NCBI GenBank assembly: GCA_951406725.2
Contig: OX597816.1
Span: 4,650,001 to 4,714,000, forward strand
Source of the DNA: Octopus vulgaris
Taxonomy: Eukaryota
Length of the DNA stretch: 64,000 nt
Reading direction: 5' to 3'
The notes below the pieces were generated by a model. The model had not been told where the DNA came from and did no database searches. It saw nothing but the letters and a program-made list of their open reading frames with translations. A program made the position numbers and the translations under genes. Positions 54,086 through 64,000 of the stretch are shown here, in pieces. Numbering within the stretch: position 1 is the stretch's first letter; every line of letters begins with the position of its first letter.

Positions 54086-54284
54086 TTAGTAATGAGCATC
54101 ACAAAAATTGTGAAATATAATGATCAAGAAAAAGAGGTTAATAATGATATCATGGTGGGTGTGAGTTATGCACAAACACACACACACACATGCACACAGA
54201 CACACACACACACATCTATCATTACATATAAACATATATATATGTATATATCTATACATATAAATATATGTGTGTGTATCTATA

Positions 54285-54347
<63 letters not shown>

Positions 54348-54383
54348 ATATAAACAAATATATATGTATATGTATATATATTC

Positions 54384-54431
<48 letters not shown>

Positions 54432-54692
54432 ATATAAATAAACTTATTCAACAGTAAAACGTATTGAATAACATGTTGACGTAAAAACAAACATTAATGT
54501 ACATACATCATGTACATAGATATATATATGTTTGTGTGTGTGTCTGTGTGCATATATATATATATATACACACACACACATATAGATACACACCCATATA
54601 TTTATACATATAGATATATACATATATATGTTTATATGTAATGATAGATGTGTGTGTGTGATTATGCATATATATATATGTATGTATGTATG

Positions 54693-54743
<51 letters not shown>

Positions 54744-54745
<2 letters not shown>

Positions 54746-55140
54746 TCTTTACTCTTTTACTTGTTTCAGTCATTTGACTGCGGCCATGCTGGAGCACCAC
54801 TTTTAGTCGAACAAATCGACCCTAGGACATATTCTTTGTAAGCCTAGTACTTATTCTAAAGGTAGGCAGAAACTGAAAGAAGTCTATCGTATATATGTAT
54901 GTATATATGTATGTGTGTGTATATGTTTGTGTGTCTGTGTTTGTCCCCCATCCCCCACACACATCACTTGAAAACTGATGCTGGTGTGTTTACGGCCCCG
55001 TAACTTAGCGGTTTGGCAATAAAGACCGATAGAATAAGTACAAGGCTTACAAAGAATTGGTCGTTAGGTCGATTTGCTCGACTAAAGGCGGTGCTCCAGC
55101 ATGGCCGCCGTCAAATGACTGAAACAAGTAAAAGAGTAAA
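54744..55140. mobile_element. Family C composite: inverted 3' end (54744-54858) fused to a 5'-truncated forward copy
   Basis: Both ends terminate in outward-facing taaaagag tails. Confidence 0.8.
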
Positions 55141-55179
55141 AATCAGAGAGAATTCCTCATCTCTTAAATATAGAACTGT

Positions 55180-55468
55180 GTTTCCTCTCAAAACATTCAC
55201 ACTCTGTCGCACATGCACACTGACATTGCGAATCAAGCAGAACATACTGTTTTCCTTTCAAGCCTTTTCATGTCGTCTGTAGTCACAGTCCATGTTCTAT
55301 TGCCATGCAGCATAACTGTCCATACACAGGCATCATGCAAACATGCATTTCACTCTGAGGGAGAGGCCTTTGTTGCCATCAAAAGTAGAACTTGCCCAGT
55401 TGTTTCTTCTTCCAGTAACTACCCTTCCTGGACCATCACCACAGAGGCTAACGTGGTTATCTAGATAA
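55180..55468 (-). mobile_element. Degenerate RTE ORF2 fragment
   Basis: LHDACVWTVMLHGNRTWTVTTDDMKRLER motif. Confidence 0.7.
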
Positions 55469-55733
55469 TGGAAGCTATCTGCTATTTCTTTCTAAGGATC
55501 CCTTTTGATATTTGAGGGAGTCTCTTTTCCACACGTTCCTAGTGTTTATTGTGTCTGCCCCTCACAAAGACTATTTTCTCTGTTAACCTTTCTATGACAC
55601 TAATAATAATAATGGCCTCCAGCTATAGAAAACATGCCACGGCAGACATTAAGAACTTGGCACAGCCCCTTGGCTTGTCTGTTCGCATCGAACCATCCAA
55701 CTGATGCCAGATTGGAAAACAAGATGGTAAACA

Positions 55734-55771
<38 letters not shown>

Positions 55772-56255
55772 AATGATTATAATAATTGTTTCTAAGGTAG
55801 GCACAAGACCTGATATTTTGGCAGGGATGGGCATGGCCAATTAAATCAACTCCCAGGGCTTGACCACTACATTATTTTACAGGCCCCAAATGGATGAAAG
55901 GTGAAATTGGCCTCAGCAAGATTTGAACTCAGAAATGTAAATAACCAGAAAAAATACAACAAATGATTTCGCAAATTCCGCTCTCCCATCTAATTCTGCT
56001 ACACTCTTCCCTCCATCCATATCAGCTTCCTTCATCCACCCTTCTAAAACAGACTCACCACTACCCACTTCGCTATATGTTTCATAAAATACCAGAGCCT
56101 TTTTTTTCTTTATTTAAATTCTGACAAGCCCTTTTCTCTCGTTGCTGTCCCTTCCTCTCAGTTACTTTGGTGGCCCAGATAAGTCGGTTGACCCTTTAGT
56201 ATTCAGATTGTTCCATCAAATGTAATGTTTATTTATTGGTGTTGTTGAGAATTAA

Positions 56256-56329
<74 letters not shown>

Positions 56330-56802
56330 TTGGTATAAAAGATGGGCTACAGCAAATATTCTGCTCAATACCACAGATTTGCTTGTCAGTTGTTTGACCT
56401 TAACCAGTTGAGCATGTCCCTTAGTGGCTGACGATATGTGCATCTCTGATCTCGAGCAGAAGTAGTGGGGGAGCATCATAGCCATGTGTTGAGAGGGATT
56501 CTTTGGGGTTTGAATAATTCACCTCTGGAGACATGGGTGGGTTTTTCAACATCCTTAAACAACCCTTATTCAGGGACCGTTTGAGCGGGATGGGCTACTC
56601 AACCTGAAGAAAATTCTAACTGGGCCCCACCTGCAAGGTCATGTGCAGTTTATCTTGATATGAGATCACCATGCCGCGCACATATGGTTGTGATGCATGT
56701 GCCTGGTGTGCCCTTATCAGACGGGTAGTCATGATGGGTATATTGGGCTTCGTATATTTTACCCCAGTGTCACTTTGATGGCATGAACTGCTCTCTCACT
56801 CA
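56330..56802 (+). mobile_element. Family D copy in (AAT)n
   Basis: Reverse complement of 11153-11625. Confidence 0.85.
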
Positions 56803-57370
56803 ATAATAATAATGATAATAATAATGAAATTATTGTATACAGTGCTCAGGTGCACCACAACTTGTCAAAAGTGTGTATAAAGCATATGCAGTAATGTACA
56901 AATGTCTGGAAAGCGAATAATGTATGAGTCAGATACATGCTTGTGTGTGTATGGAGGGGAGAACATCAAGTGTAGTGTTGGCGAATCTCAGAAAGCATGG
57001 AAGTTTTGAAGGATGCAGTGCTCCGACAACTAACAACTGATGCCAGCATTTTGTTCCATGCTTCAGCAACTCTTAGTGTGAAAAAATCATGTATTATCTC
57101 GTATCTTTGAAATTTAATTGAATTGATTGTTTGTTTTTAGAATAACATTGTTGGGTGAGGCTGAGAGGCAAGATTGGGCTGCTTCAGACAGAACTAACGG
57201 CAGAATTTTGGGGTTGGTTTAAATGCTAAAAACTAAATCATAGAAGAATGACAGAGAATAATAATAATAATAAAAGGGCGACAACTAAAAATAGAAGGTC
57301 TCAGGGTAGCATTTAAGGATAAGATTAACCACTCGACAGAAACAGGTAACAAATAAAGACAAAATGCAAT

Positions 57371-57527
57371 ACATTATTTACATTATTTACATTTGATGGA
57401 TATTTGTCCTCATCTTGTTTGTTGTTGACACAACGTTTTGGCTGATATACCCTCCAGCCTTCATCAGGTGTTTTGGGGAAATTTCAAACCTGGGTTTTCA
57501 TTCCTAAGGTATTTTTCGATATTATTA

Positions 57528-57582
<55 letters not shown>

Positions 57583-57593
57583 CATTATTATTA

Positions 57594-57633
<40 letters not shown>

Positions 57634-58002
57634 CATTATCCTTATTATTATTATTATTATAATTATTATTATTATTATTATTATTATCATTATTATTATT
57701 ATTATTCAGGTCATTGCCTGGAATCAAACTCAGAAGGATAGGAAAATATTAGATTTATAAGCCCCAAAATTCACTCCATATTTGCCCACGGGCATATGGC
57801 TTCGTGGTTAAGAGCACGGGCTTCTAACCCCAAGATTCCAAGTTCAATTCGTTATTATTATGATTATTATTATTATTATTATTATCATTATTAAGGTCAC
57901 TGCCTGGAATCGAACTTGAAATCTTGGGGTTAGTAGCCTGCACTCTTAACCACTACGTCAAATGTAAATAATGTAAATAATATACGTAATTCCTCATCTC
58001 TT
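57371..58002. mobile_element. Rearranged family H cluster (minus copy 57371-57730, inverted tRNA heads 57790-57850 and 57893-57960, plus tail 57957-58002)
   Basis: HHR remnant at 57428-57472 (G12 mutated); heads with tggc(g/t)t(a/c)gtggttaagagc and gttcgattcc. Confidence 0.8.
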
Positions 58003-58175
58003 TAATTTCTTTTCTTCACAACCATCAGAGTGCAAAGCACTCTTCACAAACACCAGTTTGTGAGACGGTTGTGATATATAAACAGTTTTGTGTAGAAACC
58101 AGAAAGAAATGTATGAAGATGCAATCTGCACGTGTATAGTAGATTCGTAAAATGGAAGAGAAACATAAAATCGCA

Positions 58176-58485
58176 ATCATCATCATCTTCGTTTAACGAC
58201 CGTTTTCCGTGCTAGCACGGGTTGGACAGTTCGACCAGGGTCAGGGTAGCCATGGAGGCTGCACCAGGCTCCAGTCTGATCTGGCAGTGTTTCTACAGCT
58301 GGATGCCCTTCCTAACGCCAACCACTCCATGGGTGTAGTGGGTGCTGTTTACACAGGTGCCATGGTAGGCTAGCAGCGGCCACGATCGGTTGGTGCTTTT
58401 TACATGCCACCGGCACAGGTATTGCAACTACAATTTCCATTTGATATTTATTTTGATGTTTGATATAATTGACTTAATAGGTTTC
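58176..58485 (-). mobile_element. Family A copy
   Basis: Core motif and tail. Confidence 0.8.
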
Positions 58486-59229
58486 AATGGGAGAGAAAAA
58501 AATGCAAAGCGAATGTTTAACCAGTTATATGATTGTCTGAATGGCACATCTGACTCCAGGGTCACGCAGACTGGGGGTTGTTGCAATTTTCTTGTTTGAT
58601 TCCTGATGACGATGACGATGATGATGAGATGATTATGATAATGACGATGATGGTGATGATGATAATGATGATGATGATGACGATGACGATGATGATGACG
58701 ATGACGATGACTTTTGTAATTGATTACTTCTCAGATTCACTGATTTCCTGTCTCATGACAGACTTATTAAATTATTGATGATATGAAAGAAATAATCATT
58801 ATTCTTATTAAAATTAATCATTATTCATTGAATGATAATGGTAACATCTTCCAGCAGACTTTTAATCACACACTAACATATACTACAACAGTGATCGTAT
58901 TATTCCGTAGTAAACAGAACGGTGCCGCCGATATTAAATATTAATATCAGAAATTTCACAGCAATAAAACAGTAACATATTCATACGCACACATAAAGCT
59001 ACAAATAAAATATAAACACATACACTTGCATGCACATTCGTCTTTTAATGAAATACACTTTTGCAGATAAAAAAGAAATTTTTGATATTTACTAAAAGAA
59101 ACTAAAAAAAAAATTGGCAAGCATACTAAAAATTGAACTCCTATCACCAGGTAAGTCTTAGAACTTGGCAAGCAATAACACAAATTTGAAAGAAAAAGGG
59201 GTGAGATTGTGTTACTTTGTTCTCATTAT

Positions 59230-60056
59230 CTTTCTTTTATTCTTTTATTCTTTTATATTTGTTTTAGTCATTTGACTGTGGCCATGCTAGAGCACTGCCT
59301 TTTAATCGAGCAACTCGACCCCGGGACTTATTCTTTTGTAAGCCTAGTACTTATTCTATTGGTCTCTTTTGCCGAACAGCTAAGTGACGGGGACGTAAAC
59401 GCACCAGCTTCGGTTGTCAAGCAATGCTAGGGGGACAAACACAAACATATACACACACACCCATACATATATATACGTATATACGATGGGCTTCTTTCAG
59501 TTTCCGTCTATCAAATCCACTCACAAGGCATTGGTCGGCCCGGGGCTATAACAGAAGACACTTGTCCAAGATGCCACGCAGTGGGACTGAACCCGGAACC
59601 ATGTGGCTGGTTAGCAAGCTACTTACCACACAGCCACTCCTGCGCCTGTTACTTTGTTCTCATTATCTTTCTTTTATTCTTTTATTCTTTTATTTGTTTT
59701 AGTCATTTGACTGTGGCCATGCTGGAGCACTGCCTTTAGTTGAGCAAATCGACTCCAGGACTTATGCTTTTGTAAGCCTAGTACTTATTCTATCGGTCTC
59801 TTTGCTGAACTGCTAAGTCATGGGGACGTAAACACACCAGCATCAGTTGTCAAGTGATGTTGGGGGGACAAACAGACTCACATACACACACATGATGGGC
59901 TTCTTTCAGTTTCCGTCTACCAAATCCACTTACAAGGCTTTGGTCAGTCCGAGGCTATAGTAGAAGACACTTGCCCAAGGTGCTATGCAGTGGGACTGAA
60001 CCCGGAACCATGCGGTTCGTAAGCAAGCTACTTACCACACAGCCACTCCTGCGCCT
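59230..60056 (-). mobile_element. Two tandem family C SINEs; the 5' flank tgttactttgttctcattatc is duplicated (59210, 59647)
   Basis: Two full head-to-tail matches. Confidence 0.88.
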
Positions 60057-60933
60057 GTTTATTTCTTGTAGACATTATCAGTTAAACATTTTGATACCAA
60101 ATCTTTAGAGACCATTTTTATTTCCAAGATGTAACCTTCCTGTTTTAAAGCGGTCAGAATTTAACCCTTCCATCAAAATTCTATGTTAATTTATGTTCCA
60201 GCCTAATAAGAACAATATTATCTTAATAACATCTTTGTAGAGGTGCAATGGTCCAGTGGTTAGGGCAGTGGACTCACGGTCGTAGGATTGCAGTTTCGAT
60301 CCCCAGACTGAGCGTTGCTCAGGGTTCAAGTGAATCAAAAACCCAGGTCGGGTCGAAAAGTAAACTGTGTACACAATAAAAATAGAGGGATACATATGCG
60401 GGTATCAAAGTAGATGTAGAAAGATATTCAGGTTATGTATATGATTAACTACACCTGGTTGAGTATACCACGAGCCCTGAGACTAATCAGGAAACACACA
60501 CTGCACTAAGTGTATGGTCCACTAAGTGTATGGATCATGTGATGAGTGAGTTCTTAGAGAGATGAATAATAAATAAACAAATGACAACAGATGGATAACA
60601 TGTCAATTCACTACAGCCGTTTCCAACGAATTTTTTATTCATTCATTCATTACAACATTAGGAAAATCTAGTTTTATCAGGTGAATACATGAACCACAGC
60701 ATTTAGAATCATTCAAGGGCAATGGCATGTGCACCTTTATGATTCTACGACCCTTGCTGGTCATAGGCTTTTTCTAATGATGTAATGTCTCCATTAACCA
60801 ATTAAAAATTCATTGGAAACAGTTGTAGCAAATTGACACATCCATCTGCAATTATTTATGTACAGCCTTCACCATGATTGATCGCTAGCCACTAAACCTT
60901 TATTATTTTCTTTCTCTGCTTATTTCTGTGTTC

Positions 60934-60969
60934 CTTTTTGATGAAGAGCATAGGCTCGAAACATAAAAG
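60934..60969 (+). ncRNA. Slightly decayed minimal hammerhead motif
   Basis: cttt TTGATGA a gagc atag gctc GAAA ca TA aaag; stem I cttt/aaag, stem II gagc/gctc. Confidence 0.6.
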
Positions 60970-62478
60970 ACTTTCTCACTTCCTGTGCGTTAAACTAATA
61001 CACCTGCTCATTGTTTACACACCTGTCTTCGTCTTTTGTTTTGTTTTTTTTTTGTAAATTCCAACTATATATATATATATATATATATATCGTCCAACCC
61101 ATGCTAGCATGGAAAACGGACGCTAAACGATGATGATGATGATGATGATGATATATTCATATATATATATATATATATACATACATACATACATACATAC
61201 ATGCATACATATATATATATGCTGCCTTTGGCAAATTATATGTGCATCTATGTGTGTACAAATATGTACACATACACACATACACACACATATATATATA
61301 TATATATATGCACATTTGTATGTATGTATGTATGTATGCATGAATGCATGTACTGCCTATGTGATTATGTAGGTGCATTTATGTCAAAATAGATTATATA
61401 TGTGTGTGTATATATATATATATATATGTATGTATTTGTGTATATACATACACACACACATACGAATGTGTGTATGTGTGTATGTGTGTGTGTGCGTGTG
61501 GTGTGTCTGTACGTGTATGCATTTATAGATATATTCTATTGGGAATTTAGAAGTTTTCATTCTGGCTTTTTTCCTTCTTTTTTTCTAGTTTCTCCATTTA
61601 CAGTTTCACCTCAAGAATAATTAATTCTTGTGAAAAGAAACAATACTTAATCTCGTATTGATTTCTCTTGACAGGGTAAATGGAAATCAAATAAAAATAA
61701 CGAAAAAGAACACAAAACAAAGACTCCTGTTCTGCTTTGTAAATGAAGTTTTCAACTTGAAACATATTCTGCTGCGAGGAGAAGAATCTTCTCTATGTGA
61801 TTAAAGTGGATTGGTTATAGTCGTCTTAAACAAGTCTCTTTTTTCTGTTTTTTTGGTTGTTGATAAGATATTCCAATTATTAGAGTGCTAATGATGTCAT
61901 TGAAAAGCTTTCTCAAGAAATTATGGCATTATTTATTCCTCTCCAAATATTCTTAAAATTAAAGTGAAAGTGCTAGAAATCCAATTGATAAAACACTTAA
62001 AAATGCAAAATAACAATAATAACAACAGCAGCAACAACAACAACAACAATATGGAAAGAAAATATACTCTATCTTAATAAAATCAGGCATAAATGAACAG
62101 TTGTGTGTCTTTCGAGAGGTGAAATGTTTCTAAAAAATTTCTTGAAATAAATTTTAGTTAACCAGTTGGTTCCTACTTCAAGACTTTTACTTTTATGTTG
62201 GTTACATTCCTGGAGAATCAGTTTGCCAAAGAAGGCAGCAGTCATTCCAAAAAGTAGCAGTCACTCATGAGAGTATTTCACTTCTTATAGGAGCAGGAAT
62301 GGTTGTGTGGGCGGGAAGTTTGTTTCCTAATCACATGGTTTTGGGTTCAATACCACGTTTCTACAAAGATTCATATATATGCCTAAGAAAAGAGAGAAAT
62401 TGAAGAATGTGCGGATGATAGGGAATAGCTGTGTGGCACATTGTCTGAGAGAGGACATTGTCAGGATTGGTTATCTTG

Positions 62479-62712
62479 AAGGCGGCGAACTGGCAGAATC
62501 GTTAGCACGTTGGGCGAAATGCTTTGTGGTATTTCATCTGTCGCAACGTTGTGAGTTCAAATTCTGCCGCGGTCAACTTTGCCTTTCATCCTTTCAGGGT
62601 CGATAAATTAAGTACCAGTTATGCACGGGGGTCGATGTAATTGACTTAATCCATTTCTCTGTCCTTGTTTGTCCCCTCTATGTTTAGCCCCTTGTGGGTA
62701 ATAATGAAATAG
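62479..62712 (+). mobile_element. SINE family B monomer
   Basis: Head and body match. Confidence 0.85.
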
Positions 62713-63022
62713 GCTGTCTTGTTACCTCTGAAGTGGCCAGAGGTGCTTTTTCAGTCAATAGGTGTGGATGTATTGGTTCCACATAAAAAGCATTGGTGCT
62801 GGTGCCATATAAAAGGGACCTGTGCTGGTGCCATGTAAAAACCTCTCAGTACACTCTATAAAGTGGTTGGTGTTAGGAAGGGCATCCAGCTGTAGAAACC
62901 AAACCAAAATCAGGCTATGGGACCTTGACATTAAGAAGGGCATCTAGCTGTAGAAACCATGCCAAAGCAGACAGTAAGGTCTGGCGCAGTCCCCTGGGCC
63001 AGCAACTCCGGTCAAAGCATCC

Positions 63023-63167
63023 ATGATGGTGATGATGATGATGATGACGATGATGAAGACGATGATGATGATGACGATGATGATGACGGTGATGATGATA
63101 GTGATGACGATGGTGATGACATTGGTGATGACGATAGTGATGATGATGACGACGATGATGATCATGT

Positions 63168-63215
<48 letters not shown>

Positions 63216-63287
63216 CGATGATGATGATGATGATGATGATGACGTCAATGATGATGATGATGATGACGACGATGATGTTGATGATGA
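63023..63287. repeat. (GAT)n/(GAC)n array, expanded tail of a family A copy (62775-63030)
   Basis: Direct reading. Confidence 0.9.
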
Positions 63288-64000
63288 AATGAGTACTGCT
63301 CTCAGATCTGGGACACTGTTGCATACCCGATCACAGACAATGAAAAGTCACTTAACAAGTTGCTATGACATCACACACACCAACTGACTGAAGCCACTGA
63401 CCACAGGTCATTCTGTGTCCTCTCTTTGCCGTTTGTTTACGACTTCTACTTTGGCCCCTACTTCTTCAATCTAGCTGTTCACAAACCACTTCCAATTCTC
63501 CTTTCATCACTCATACTCTGTCCCCACAAAGGCCCCTAATTCATCCCTATTCTCAGCACTTCCTCTTCAAAACATTGTTTCCTGTTGCCGTTGTGTTACA
63601 AATGTTCAAGGGGATGAAACCACATTGATCTGACTTGTTGAAGAAGGTATGTGAAGGGTTTGCGCTCAGCCCCTTCTTCCAGATTCAGCCAATAAGGAAA
63701 CAGTGTACAGACTTACTGGAGCCCTGTTTTGGTCATCAAAGCCGTTTAATGATGGGGAACTAAATAAGCTATTAACCTATTCGTTTGCAACTTTCATTTC
63801 AATGTTTAACAGCTACAAAGAGAACATTTCCTTTCTAGAAGAGTGTTGTAGTTTGTTTGAAGCATTGTAACACAGAAATAGAATAATGAATCATCATCAT
63901 CATCATCTTCATCATCGTTTAACGTCCGTTTTCCATGCTGGCCAGGGTTGGACGGTTTGCCTGAGGGCTGGCAAGCCAGGAGGCTGCATCAGACTCCAAT

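Overview
AT-rich, microsatellite-saturated eukaryotic DNA. The repeat families look like those of an Octopus/coleoid cephalopod genome (recognised by eye, not searched). Almost all long ORFs in the track are artefacts of simple repeats. The only convincing host coding sequence is two + strand exons (12636-12713 and 53647-53761). They join in phase across a ~40.9 kb intron and encode the CH1-CH2 junction of a filamin/spectrin/alpha-actinin-type actin-binding domain. The rest is tRNA-derived SINEs, fragments of RTE, CR1-group and R4/Dong-like LINEs, a non-autonomous Helitron, fold-back elements and satellites. The most striking unlabelled signal is a dense set of minimal type I hammerhead ribozyme (HHR) motifs from about ten apparently unrelated repeat families. 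Many have the palindromic stem III typical of dimer-cleaving Penelope-like-element HHRs, and two families carry the compensatory U3-A8 core. They include an intact sense-strand GUC hammerhead at 34487-34531, a tRNA-headed SINE that ends in a hammerhead, and a tandem 330/352-bp retrozyme-like repeat. All structures were folded by eye and their activity is untested.
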